This document shows, piece by piece, positions 56,976-64,000 of a DNA stretch of 64,000 nt. The stretch's first letter is position 1. Each line of letters starts with the position of its first letter. A program made the translations under genes and the position numbers. This DNA comes from a virus: the UHGV virus genome UHGV-1497419. One strand, given 5' to 3'. Below the pieces are notes generated by a model. It searched no databases. It saw nothing but the letters and a program-made list of their open reading frames with translations, and was not told the DNA's origin.

Positions 56976-58592
56976 TCAACGTCTAAGCCCCTCATATGGG
57001 TTTCCTCTCACTAAGTCTGTGTGAGCACCCATTGATGGTGGCTTGAATAATTTAACTTCGTTAAGACTGTTGAAAGCATCACTGGTAGCATCCACTTGGT
57101 CATCTTTAGTTTTGCCATCACCACAAAAGCCTTCAAGCTCTTGAAAGTAAGCTTCGTTCCAACTACCTCTCAAGACTTTTACAAGTCCAGCTTCAGAAGC
57201 AGCAGAAAATCCCGCAAAGCGGGTAACTTTATCTTTATTTGTTGGTTTAGCTCTTGCACGATAGCCTTTCTCGGCAAGTTTCCTGATGAGGGATGTTGCG
57301 TAGGATTTACCAGCAGCGCCTGGGTCTTGAGGGATAAAAATACCAGTTCGCTTACCGTCACTTTCAGCAGTCAAATTAATTTGTGTTTCGACTCCAGAGG
57401 GTCTATCTCTAAATCTTACTACATCAATGATATAATAGCAACCGTCTTTTTTAGATTTACCCATCTTAACACCTGCTGTCCAGTCTGGATTAGGGTTAAC
57501 CTCAGATGGTAAAGTTGCTGCTAAGTCCCATGCTCTAACATCAAATACATCTTCTGGGAGTGAATCAACAATCTCACACCATTGTCTTTGCCAATAGTTT
57601 GAACCTTCTGCACGAGCCTTCCAGTTACCGAAACGAAGTCTTGCAACGTTTACAGGGGTGTTGTTTTCCAACTTACCACGGTACTTAGGTTCTAAGAAGT
57701 CAAGGATTGGGTTATCATCAATCGTACCAGAGATAAAGGTGTATGTTTGAGGAATCTCAAGAGGGAACATTTCAAGAATCTTGTCTCTCTCCCAATCAGA
57801 AACCATCACACCATCATTCATTACATACCAACGAATACGACCACACTTTTCAGGGTCTGGATAACCTTCTTCATCTAAGAAAGGTTCTACCCAATCGTAA
57901 ATAAAGTGGTCTCTGTCTGGGTTCATAGAAATCTTCATGTATGAATCACCTTCAGCACCAGAACGTAGACGGGTTTGTAGGTATGAAATCTGTGAAGCAG
58001 AGAAGTGTGTACCTTCGTCAAAGTAAATAGCTGAGTATTCAATACCCTGATGACCTTCAGCGTGTTTTTCAAGTTCTAAATAAGTAAACTTGATAGTTGC
58101 CCCAGAAGGGAATGTGATAGTCATCTTCTGCTCGTGAGGAACCCCACCAAACTTACCAAATAGTTTCTTTGCAGCAGGCCATAAACCACCTTGTAACTGT
58201 GTTGTATTTCGACGGAAATATACAGCATTATAGTTAGGGTCTTCAATAAACCTTAAAGAGTCCATTAACAATGCAGCAGTTTTACCAGCACCAGCAGCAC
58301 CACCATAGAGAACCAAGTCAGCATTAGTATTTAAAAAGACCTCTTGAGAACCCGGCTGAGGGGCTACATAGTTCTTATCAGTCATCAATTTAAAGATAAG
58401 GCGAACTTGGTCTGGTGTGTATCTTAATAAAGTCAGAATTTGAGTTGGAAGGAATTTAGAGGGGTCTTTACCGAATGATTTGATAATTTCTTTTACTTCA
58501 TCAGAAAGCCCCAACTCTCCAGCTAGGACTTTCCTAACATCTTCCACTCGCTTCTGCTTAACAGCATTTAAGTCCATTAAGCACCTCCGCAA
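56976..58592 (-). CDS. Terminase large subunit
   Basis: 538 aa; Walker A LYGGAAGAGKT; typical size. Confidence 0.85.
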   Translation of the reverse strand: MRRCLMDLNAVKQKRVEDVRKVLAGELGLSDEVKEIIKSFGKDPSKFLPTQILTLLRYTPDQVRLIFKLMTDKNYVAPQPGSQEVFLNTNADLVLYGGAAGAGKTAALLMDSLRFIEDPNYNAVYFRRNTTQLQGGLWPAAKKLFGKFGGVPHEQKMTITFPSGATIKFTYLELEKHAEGHQGIEYSAIYFDEGTHFSASQISYLQTRLRSGAEGDSYMKISMNPDRDHFIYDWVEPFLDEEGYPDPEKCGRIRWYVMNDGVMVSDWERDKILEMFPLEIPQTYTFISGTIDDNPILDFLEPKYRGKLENNTPVNVARLRFGNWKARAEGSNYWQRQWCEIVDSLPEDVFDVRAWDLAATLPSEVNPNPDWTAGVKMGKSKKDGCYYIIDVVRFRDRPSGVETQINLTAESDGKRTGIFIPQDPGAAGKSYATSLIRKLAEKGYRARAKPTNKDKVTRFAGFSAASEAGLVKVLRGSWNEAYFQELEGFCGDGKTKDDQVDATSDAFNSLNEVKLFKPPSMGAHTDLVRGNPYEGLRR

Positions 58593-58598
58593 ATAGAA

Positions 58599-58799
58599 TT
58601 ATTCAGAGTCTGTAGCAGTCTCTTCTTTCTTAACTTCGAACTTTGCATCAACAGCATCAAGAAGTGCATCCATAGATGCTTCTTTAATATCAATACCTGT
58701 TGCTACAGACAATCTGTCTGCAATTGCCATGATAGTATTCTGCATAAATTCTAGCTTTTTGTTAGCTTCATAAAGTTCTTTATAAACGGTCTCACTCAT
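58599..58799 (-). CDS. Hypothetical small acidic protein upstream of terminase
   Basis: 66 aa behind a GGAG ribosome-binding site. Confidence 0.3.
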   Translation of the reverse strand: MSETVYKELYEANKKLEFMQNTIMAIADRLSVATGIDIKEASMDALLDAVDAKFEVKKEETATDSE

Positions 58800-58835
58800 T
58801 ATGTTTTCTCCAAATAATTAACCATGTTTCTCCTT

Positions 58836-58859
58836 AAAAAAGACGGCACAGAGACCGTC
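58836..58859 (-). terminator. Rho-independent terminator between tRNA cluster and structural genes
   Basis: GACGG-N7-GCCGTC hairpin followed by UUUUUU on the minus transcript. Confidence 0.5.
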
Positions 58860-59021
58860 AAGGAGAAACCACAATGTACGTCAGAGACATACTGTATAAG
58901 CCTTCTTATAAAGTATAACTCTGTAAAAAAGCCCTGTCTAAAAATACTCTTCGGTAGCGAAAGGAAGAATACTTATAGCAGGGCATTATTATTATTTTAA
59001 TTGAGAGAGAGTAAAATAACT

Positions 59022-59097
59022 TGGAGAATCCGAAGGGACTCGAACCCTTATAAACCTGTTTTGCAGACAGGCACATAGCCATTTCTGTCACGGATTC
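59022..59097 (-). tRNA. tRNA-Cys (anticodon GCA)
   Basis: Manual cloverleaf: acceptor GAAUCCG/CGGAUUC, anticodon loop CUGCAAA, T-arm AAGGG-UUCGAGU-CCCUU, CCA encoded. Confidence 0.7.
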
Positions 59098-59101
59098 AAA
59101 T

Positions 59102-59194
59102 TGGAGGAAGATACCAGACTTGAACTGGTACACCGATTTCTCAGCTACTGGCAGTTTAGCAAACTGCTCCCTTACCTTTTAGGGTTAATCTTCC
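59102..59194 (-). tRNA. tRNA-Ser (anticodon GCU), long variable arm
   Basis: Acceptor GGAAGAU/AUCUUCC, anticodon loop UUGCUAA, long variable arm, T-loop UUCAAGU; 93 nt. Confidence 0.65.
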
Positions 59195-59196
59195 AT

Positions 59197-59931
59197 TTAT
59201 TTCTGTAATGCGCTCTTCATTTCTGGTGTTGCAATAGTGTCAATCACACCAGTTTTACAGGCATCATCAAACCAGTCTGGTAAGATACCTGCTAAGAACC
59301 CATTGATATTCGTTTTAAGGTACTCTGCAATAAGGGCAGCTTCTTCTTCAATCATCTGCACAACTTCATCTGCATAAGCTGTAATCTTTGAAATACCTTC
59401 ATTAATCTTACTAACAGCCTGATTAGCTAAATCAGAAACAGTATCAAGACCCTTATCAATAGCATCTTGCAAGTCACTTAACACACCATTAACACTATCT
59501 AGTGTACTGTTCATCATGTCAATAGCTTTTTGACCATACTCTGTAGCAACACCCATGATACCACTGAATGGTGTACAACCAACTTGTTCTCCTGCTGCAC
59601 CCATAACATTGGAATACCCCTTTGCTACCTGCATACGTGATGAAAACTCATCAATAGACTTTTGACCGTAGTCTGTCAGAGTTTTAGTAGTTGCTGTAGT
59701 GCTTGTAAGGCTTGTTGTAAAGCTGTTTAGAAGGACTGTTGTAAGTCCAGCAGCAACAAGTTTCTCCTTCATTGTAGGGTCTGTTACAGAACTAATAGAG
59801 CTTACAAGTGATGTAGAAGCAGCTACGGTTCCACCGAGAACTGCTGCACCAGTAATAAGTGGGTTAGAGAACCCTTTACCGGTTTTTAAGAGATTAAAAA
59901 TCTCCTTACCTTGTTCTGTCATCTCTTTCAT
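59197..59931 (-). CDS. Hypothetical Ser/Thr/Ala-rich protein embedded in tRNA cluster
   Basis: Track ORF trimmed to the ATG behind AAGGTG so it does not overlap tRNA-Phe. Confidence 0.35.
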   Translation of the reverse strand: MKEMTEQGKEIFNLLKTGKGFSNPLITGAAVLGGTVAASTSLVSSISSVTDPTMKEKLVAAGLTTVLLNSFTTSLTSTTATTKTLTDYGQKSIDEFSSRMQVAKGYSNVMGAAGEQVGCTPFSGIMGVATEYGQKAIDMMNSTLDSVNGVLSDLQDAIDKGLDTVSDLANQAVSKINEGISKITAYADEVVQMIEEEAALIAEYLKTNINGFLAGILPDWFDDACKTGVIDTIATPEMKSALQK

Positions 59932-59947
59932 TAAGCACCTTTGAAAT

Positions 59948-60024
59948 TGGTAGTCCAGTGGGATTTGAACCCTCTTCTCATGTTTTTCAGACACGCGCTT
60001 TAACCATATAAGCTACTTGGACTA
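59948..60024 (-). tRNA. tRNA-Phe (anticodon GAA)
   Basis: Acceptor UAGUCCA/UGGACUA, anticodon loop CUGAAAA, T-loop UUCAAAU. Confidence 0.65.
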
Positions 60025-60029
60025 TAAAT

Positions 60030-60105
60030 TGGGGTGACCTACGGGATTTGAACCCGTATAGACCATGTTCACAGCATGGGTCATTACCATTTATGATAAG
60101 GCCAC
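60030..60105 (-). tRNA. tRNA-His (anticodon GUG)
   Basis: Acceptor GUGGCCU/AGGUCAC, anticodon stem CCAUG/CAUGG, loop CUGUGAA. Confidence 0.7.
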
Positions 60106-60136
60106 ATTTAAGGACTCTCGCAAGAATCCTTAGAAG

Positions 60137-60212
60137 TGGCAGCGGCATAAGGATTTGAACCTTAATAGGACAGCTTCAGAGGCTGCTGCATTGCCAGTTA
60201 TGCTATACCGCT
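60137..60212 (-). tRNA. tRNA-Gln (anticodon CUG)
   Basis: Standard 76-nt cloverleaf; anticodon loop UCUGAAG gives CUG at positions 34-36. Confidence 0.6.
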
Positions 60213-60217
60213 AAATT

Positions 60218-60296
60218 TGGTACTCCATATCGGATTCGAACCGATACATAACACAGATTTTAAGTCTGGCCTCTCTGCCAATTGGAGTAATGGAGC
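60218..60296 (-). tRNA. tRNA, class I length, anticodon read as UAA (isotype uncertain)
   Basis: Clear acceptor stem and T-arm (AUCGG-UUCGAAU-CCGAU); best anticodon loop CUUAAAA; no long variable arm expected of tRNA-Leu. Confidence 0.45.
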
Positions 60297-60298
60297 AT

Positions 60299-60374
60299 TG
60301 GCGGGGGATGTTGGAATTGAACCAACTTCTTCGATTTCAAAGACCGAGGTTTTAACCTTGTAAACTAATCCCCT
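60299..60374 (-). tRNA. tRNA-Gln (anticodon UUG), with A1-C72 mismatch
   Basis: Anticodon stem UCGGU/AUCGA, loop CUUUGAA, T-loop UUCAAUU. Confidence 0.55.
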
Positions 60375-60382
60375 TTAAATCT

Positions 60383-60940
60383 TTACTTTCTCAGTGGATG
60401 AATAAAGAATGCCAACATAACTCTTTCCCTTGAGAATGCTCTTTCTTCTGGGACAACACTTTTTAGTTTCCATCCAATATAAATTCTCCAGTAAAATTGT
60501 TTACCAAAGATTTTAATTGATGGGATAAAAGCGAATAATCCCCAAGCATTACTGTTCCACATTAGGAGATAACCTGTCTGATTATCTTCGGGGTCAGAAC
60601 TTACGTTGATATTACCTTTCCACTTAGTAACATCTTTTACATCTCTTCCTAATACATGGTAAGAGAAGTTATAAGCTTTGTTTCTCCAGAGCCATCCAAC
60701 TCTCTGCATGTAGACACCTAGCTTACCAATCTTTCTAATCTTAGCCCATCTTTTAACGTGGCCTTCATCACCATCAATCGGGTTGTCATAGGTCTCCATC
60801 CATCTGAATCCAAAAGGTAGATGTCCTTTCTTCTCACTGTAGAATGGAACTACGAAAGGTGCTAAGATGACTGCTATGGTTGCTGCAAATGGTTCTAACA
60901 AAGCTAAGAAAATCCATGAAACATATTTTAAGTATCTCAT
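60383..60940 (-). CDS. Hypothetical membrane protein within tRNA cluster
   Basis: 185 aa; hydrophobic N-terminal segments; GAGGG ribosome-binding site. Confidence 0.35.
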   Translation of the reverse strand: MRYLKYVSWIFLALLEPFAATIAVILAPFVVPFYSEKKGHLPFGFRWMETYDNPIDGDEGHVKRWAKIRKIGKLGVYMQRVGWLWRNKAYNFSYHVLGRDVKDVTKWKGNINVSSDPEDNQTGYLLMWNSNAWGLFAFIPSIKIFGKQFYWRIYIGWKLKSVVPEERAFSRERVMLAFFIHPLRK

Positions 60941-61179
60941 TGTCTAACCCTCGTAAGGAGGTAAGCATTATTATTTGTTTCTGAGCTTTCTGGTAACATT
61001 GTCTCAAAATTGATGCTTTTAAGTTGTCTTCCACCAAAGCAATGACCAATAAATCTTTCTACTTTTATTGGGTCGCATTCCCATCCGACTTTCAAGAAAA
61101 TGTGGGTATCTATAGTGGGAACCCTTACAAACTCAATACTATTGGGATTTTCATGTTCAACGACGATTAATGTTTGCAT
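60937..61179 (-). CDS. Hypothetical protein within tRNA cluster
   Basis: 80 aa; AAGAGGAA ribosome-binding site. Confidence 0.3.
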   Translation of the reverse strand: MQTLIVVEHENPNSIEFVRVPTIDTHIFLKVGWECDPIKVERFIGHCFGGRQLKSINFETMLPESSETNNNAYLLTRVRQ

Positions 61180-61197
61180 AAATTCCTCTTGCTTATC

Positions 61198-61273
61198 TGG
61201 CGCAGGATAAGGGATTCGAACCCCTATTAACAGCTTCGTAGACTGTTGCTCTATCCATTTGAACTAATCCTGC
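61198..61273 (-). tRNA. tRNA-Arg (anticodon ACG)
   Basis: Acceptor GCAGGAU/AUCCUGC, anticodon stem ACAGU/GCUGU, loop CUACGAA. Confidence 0.7.
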
Positions 61274-61278
61274 AAAAT

Positions 61279-61356
61279 TGGTGTTCCAAGACGGATTCGA
61301 ACCGTCACTAGTACAAGGTTTGAGCTTGCATCCTCTGCCAATTGGGATACTGGAAC
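61279..61356 (-). tRNA. tRNA, class I length, anticodon read as CAA (isotype uncertain)
   Basis: Acceptor and T-arm (GACGG-UUCGAAU-CCGUC) are clear; anticodon stem GCAAG/CUUGU with loop CUCAAAC. Confidence 0.45.
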
Positions 61357-61357
61357 A

Positions 61358-61432
61358 TGGTACTCACTAAAGGACTTGAACCTTTTTCTTCATCTTGTAA
61401 GGGTGATGTTTTACCATATAAACTAAGCGAGT
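61358..61432 (-). tRNA. tRNA-Val (anticodon UAC)
   Basis: Standard cloverleaf: D-stem GUUU/AAAC, anticodon loop CUUACAA, T-arm AAAGG-UUCAAGU-CCUUU. Confidence 0.6.
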
Positions 61433-61528
61433 ATGAAAGAGGTCTGAAGTTGTGCCGCTAACTCAACTCCGTGGAATTTGTTACGGTCTTCAGTTGACTC
61501 AAAGCGGTCTTTCACTTGACCTCTGAAT

Positions 61529-61605
61529 TGGTGCTGCTCACAGGACTCGAACCTGCATTTCCATCCTTACAAGGGATGTGTAATAGCCAATTATACGAAA
61601 GCAGC
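61529..61605 (-). tRNA. tRNA-Thr (anticodon UGU)
   Basis: Acceptor GCUGCUU/GAGCAGC, anticodon stem CAUCC/GGAUG, loop CUUGUAA. Confidence 0.7.
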
Positions 61606-61611
61606 ATTGTT

Positions 61612-61686
61612 TGGAGCATCCAGAGGGAATCGAACCCTCAACCTCAGTTTGGAAGACTGTAATTTTCCCGTTTAAACTATGGATGC
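61612..61686 (-). tRNA. tRNA-Gly (anticodon UCC)
   Basis: Acceptor GCAUCCA/UGGAUGC, anticodon loop CUUCCAA, T-arm GAGGG-UUCGAUU-CCCUC. Confidence 0.6.
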
Positions 61687-61692
61687 ACTAAT

Positions 61693-61768
61693 TGGTGGAG
61701 AAGCAGGGAATTGAACCCTGTACTTAAGTTTGCAAAACTTATGTTTTAACCATGTAAACTACATCCCC
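61693..61768 (-). tRNA. tRNA-Ala (anticodon UGC)
   Basis: Anticodon stem UAAGU/ACUUA, loop UUUGCAA; G3-U70 wobble pair in the acceptor stem, the Ala identity element. Confidence 0.65.
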
Positions 61769-61774
61769 AATGTT

Positions 61775-61850
61775 TGGTACAGGTGGAGGGAATTGAACCC
61801 ATCGTCTTACTGATTAAGAGTCAGCCGCATAACCATTTTGCTACACCTGC
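61775..61850 (-). tRNA. tRNA-Lys (anticodon CUU)
   Basis: Anticodon stem GCUGA/UCAGU, loop CUCUUAA. Confidence 0.6.
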
Positions 61851-61857
61851 ATTAATT

Positions 61858-61935
61858 TGGTAGGAGACAAGGGATTCGAACCCTCAAACACCAACTTCTA
61901 AGGATGGTAGGTTTACCAATTACCGTCAATCTCCC
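61858..61935 (-). tRNA. tRNA, class I length, anticodon read as UAG (isotype uncertain)
   Basis: Acceptor GGGAGAU/GUCUCCU, T-loop UUCGAAU, anticodon loop CUUAGAA; D-arm irregular. Confidence 0.4.
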
Positions 61936-62190
61936 ATTAAATCTTTTTAGAGAACTTCTAAGAACCTAAGCAACAAGGTTCCACAACAAGCTGTAATAAC
62001 CTTAGAAGCCCTCTAAAAAGACCTAAAAAGGTCTTTGCATAGTCTTGTTTAATCCGGTGACTAGAACCTTTGGAGAGCTTGATATTATCTCTTCTCCGTG
62101 ACACCTACTAGGTGCTTTATCAGTGTGTACGACAATACACGCGGGATACCAAAGCGACATCCGAATGAAGCTTGGCTTTAAATCTTATTA

Positions 62191-62280
62191 GGCGGTAAGT
62201 AAAGGAGTCGAACCCTCACCGTATCTCTACAGTGGCAACAGTTTTCAAGACTGTTTGGCTGCCATTAGCCGCTACCTACC
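62191..62280 (-). tRNA. tRNA-Ser (anticodon UGA), long variable arm, CCA not fully encoded
   Basis: Acceptor GGUAGGU/ACUUACC, anticodon stem ACAGU/ACUGU, loop CUUGAAA, long variable arm, T-loop UUCGACU. Confidence 0.55.
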
Positions 62281-62293
62281 CCTAATAAGACTT

Positions 62294-62376
62294 TGGCATG
62301 GGACGGAGGAGTTGAACCCCTTTGAAACGGTTTTGGAGGCCGTTGCTCATGCCTTAGAGTCTTAACATCGTCCCAT
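62294..62376 (-). tRNA. tRNA-like gene, possibly tRNA-Trp (anticodon CCA) with expanded D-loop
   Basis: Acceptor AUGGGAC/GUCCCAU and CCA end are clear; best anticodon loop CUCCAAA; D region about 7 nt longer than canonical. Confidence 0.4.
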
Positions 62377-62518
62377 ACTATAATTCGAAGCTTACCGTAT
62401 TATCTCAACACTGTAAAGCCCCTTCTCAGATTATTTACATGTTCTGGAAAACATGAGATACAGACCACCTCCCTACACGGAGACCCACTAAGGTCGTCTA
62501 AGTAATCTGCTAACTAAT

Positions 62519-62595
62519 TGGCACACCCTACAGGATTCGAACCTGTAACTAACGATTTAGAAGACCGTTGCTCTATCCAATTGAACTAAGGGTGC
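62519..62595 (-). tRNA. tRNA-Arg (anticodon UCU)
   Basis: Acceptor GCACCCU/AGGGUGU, anticodon stem ACGGU/AUCGU, loop CUUCUAA. Confidence 0.7.
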
Positions 62596-62887
62596 ATTAA
62601 TCTTTAAAGACTCTCTTAGAAAGCCCTTAAAGATGCCCACCTTATTAATCATACCGTGGGCTAGTACGCCAAATTCTTTGATGAGGGATTGGAAGACCTC
62701 ACTGGTGTTTAGCCTATCAAGCTACTGCCAGAAAAACATTGTCGTTTGCATTTATTTTAAATTTGCAAAATAGACGCTACGCAACGAAAACTATTCAGAA
62801 TATGTACAACAAATTTCCCCACATTGTGTTACGTCTAACGCTCATGTATTGGTGTTTGAATTATACATATTATGAAGTATTTTAGTT

Positions 62888-62916
62888 ACTATAAAATAGT
62901 CACATCTCAGTGTCAA
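62888..62916 (-). promoter_or_regulatory. Sigma70-like promoter inside tRNA cluster
   Basis: Minus strand reads TTGACA - 17 nt - TATAGT; transcript would include a ~280-nt leader and tRNA-Arg(UCU). Confidence 0.5.
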
Positions 62917-62931
62917 CAACTTTATTGAAAT

Positions 62932-63007
62932 TGGTACTGGTAGGTGGAATCGAACCACCGATGTTCCCTTATCAGGGGAGTGTTATAACCTTCTTAACTA
63001 TACCAGC
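62932..63007 (-). tRNA. tRNA-Ile (anticodon GAU)
   Basis: Acceptor GCUGGUA/UACCAGU, anticodon loop CUGAUAA, T-arm GGUGG-UUCGAUU-CCACC. Confidence 0.65.
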
Positions 63008-63008
63008 T

Positions 63009-63085
63009 TGGAGGTTCAGATGGGAATCGAACCCACATTCATAGGGCTTATGAGACCCTTGCATTACCTTATCTGCGACTGAACC
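63009..63085 (-). tRNA. tRNA-Met (anticodon CAU; initiator, elongator or Ile-lysidine not distinguished)
   Basis: Acceptor GGUUCAG/CUGAACC, anticodon stem AGGGU/GCCCU, loop CUCAUAA. Confidence 0.65.
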
Positions 63086-63089
63086 ATTT

Positions 63090-63165
63090 TGGTAGAAGTG
63101 GAGGGATTCGAACCCATCGCCTGTCAGATTAAAAGTCTGCCGCATCACCATTCTGCTACACTTCC
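63090..63165 (-). tRNA. tRNA-Lys (anticodon UUU)
   Basis: Acceptor GGAAGUG/CACUUCU, anticodon loop CUUUUAA. Confidence 0.65.
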
Positions 63166-63172
63166 ATTAAAT

Positions 63173-63307
63173 TATCTTTGTAGATAAGCTACCCAGACTT
63201 GCTTAAGGTCTGTAGCGATGTGTCTTTTCGGGTTAAATCTAGAATCCACCCTTCACCTTTGTGGTCGCATACTCACAGGGAAGCTTAATAACTTATCTAC
63301 AAAGATA
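63173..63307. repeat. Perfect 16-bp inverted repeat pair (TATCTTTGTAGATAAG / CTTATCTACAAAGATA) separated by 103 bp
   Basis: Exact reverse complements at 63173-63188 and 63292-63307, each followed by CCAGAC; no ORF or tRNA between them. Confidence 0.6.
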
Positions 63308-63360
63308 ATTACCAGACCGTTGTTTATCATCTTAAGTGCTACCATTACACCAACTCGACA

Positions 63361-63404
63361 TCTGCCGAGTGAAGGAATCGAACCTTCGCCTTTTCTTTAC
63401 CGAG
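63361..63404 (-). pseudogene. tRNA 3'-half remnant (T-arm plus acceptor 3' strand without matching 5' half)
   Basis: Perfect T-arm GAAGG-UUCGAUU-CCUUC then ACUCGGC, but no complementary 5' acceptor strand or anticodon arm upstream. Confidence 0.35.
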
Positions 63405-63422
63405 AAATATATTGTTTAAGTT

Positions 63423-63450
63423 TTGCTGTAAACGGTCTTCTGTAAATTTG
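63423..63450. repeat. 28-nt motif TTGCTGTAAACGGTCTTCTGTAAATTTG, copy 1
   Basis: Identical to 63965-63992; a partial variant lies at 63507-63531. Confidence 0.6.
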
Positions 63451-63590
63451 TTGAGCCAGACCAAGTTTTAAATTTTTCAAAATTAAATTGGCTTGAAATT
63501 TTAAGTAACTTGCTGTATTTGGTCTTCTGCTCCTTTAAAGAATACTCGTAAGAACTCTTTAAGGGAGGGGCTAAATAGCCCTCTCAAAAT

Positions 63591-63668
63591 TGGCGGTTAC
63601 GAAGGGATTTGAACCCTCATCATCTCCCGTGACAGGGGAGTATTTTAACCAAATTAAACTACATAACC
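63591..63668 (-). tRNA. tRNA-Asp (anticodon GUC)
   Basis: Acceptor GGUUAUG/CGUAACC, anticodon stem CUCCC/GGGAG, loop CUGUCAC. Confidence 0.7.
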
Positions 63669-63673
63669 TTTAT

Positions 63674-63761
63674 TGGTGTGCCGTGTAGGAGTCGAACCTA
63701 CCGAGTCTCAATGACAAGGGATTTACAGTCCCCACCGCTACCATCTACGGGATAACGACAC
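63674..63761 (-). tRNA. tRNA-Tyr (anticodon GUA), long variable arm
   Basis: Anticodon stem GGGGA/UCCCU, loop CUGUAAA, long variable arm, T-arm GUAGG-UUCGACU-CCUAC. Confidence 0.6.
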
Positions 63762-63830
63762 ATTTAATTTCTATTCAGGCTAAGGACTTGCACCTTACAA
63801 ATCGGTGAGCAATCGCTTCTCTCCTAAATT

Positions 63831-63907
63831 TGGCGGTTAGTCAGGGATTCGAACCCTGTGCCATTCGCTTAACAGGCGACCGCACATACCTTATGTGCTT
63901 CCTAACC
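63831..63907 (-). tRNA. tRNA-Asn (anticodon GUU)
   Basis: D-stem GCAC/GUGC, anticodon loop CUGUUAA, T-arm CAGGG-UUCGAAU-CCCUG. Confidence 0.6.
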
Positions 63908-63964
63908 ATGTTTAGTATTACCAGACCGTATCTTTCAATTTTTCCGCTAAAAATTTAATAAATG

Positions 63965-63992
63965 TTGCTGTAAACGGTCTTCTGTAAATTTG
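63965..63992. repeat. 28-nt motif TTGCTGTAAACGGTCTTCTGTAAATTTG, copy 2
   Basis: Exact copy of 63423-63450, about 58 nt upstream (minus sense) of tRNA-Asn. Confidence 0.6.
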
Positions 63993-64000
63993 GAGGCGGG
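63991..64000 (-). tRNA. Possible 3' end of a further tRNA truncated by the window edge
   Basis: TGGAGGCGGG is the reverse complement of ...CCCGCC-U-CCA; too short to confirm. Confidence 0.25.

Noticed and set aside
58906-59133. Minus-strand 75-aa ORF
   Set aside because: Overlaps tRNA-Cys and tRNA-Ser, which have clean cloverleaves
61433-61528. Possible tRNA in the 96-bp gap between tRNA-Val and tRNA-Thr
   Set aside because: Has inverted repeats (GAGGTC/GACCTC, CTGAAG/CTTCAG) but no T-loop or cloverleaf; left as a structured spacer
63218-63445. Plus-strand 75-aa ORF in the tRNA cluster
   Set aside because: Opposite strand to all surrounding genes; overlaps the inverted-repeat region and the tRNA remnant; no ribosome-binding site

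Overview
This 64-kb window reads as part of a virulent T4-/Felix O1-like myovirus genome (my inference from gene content; no database search was possible). Coordinates 1-24352 are a minus-strand early block: rIIB/rIIA, an NAD+ salvage pair (NAMPT-like plus PRPP-synthetase-like), anaerobic and aerobic ribonucleotide reductases (nrdG, nrdD, glutaredoxin, nrdB, nrdA), an RNase H/FEN-like nuclease, primase-helicase and dNMP kinase. Coordinates 24610-34999 are a plus-strand block: family-A DNA polymerase, ATP-dependent DNA ligase, DHFR, thymidylate synthase and many small early ORFs. Coordinates 35036-58800 are a minus-strand structural module: two paralogous His-rich tail fibres, baseplate, tape measure, frameshifted tail chaperones, tube, sheath, capsid, protease-scaffold, portal and large terminase. 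Coordinates 59022-64000 are a dense minus-strand tRNA cluster (about 25 genes) with non-tRNA structured spacers. The most unusual feature is a pair of paralogous ~300-bp composite repeat arrays (29770-30078 and 31176-31440) that bracket a two-gene cassette of unknown function. Each array has GT-rich tracts with strict 5-nt GG periodicity, conserved hairpins and GGTCTTT direct repeats. All protein calls rest on motifs recognised by eye, and tRNA anticodons come from manual cloverleaf folding, so both are provisional.
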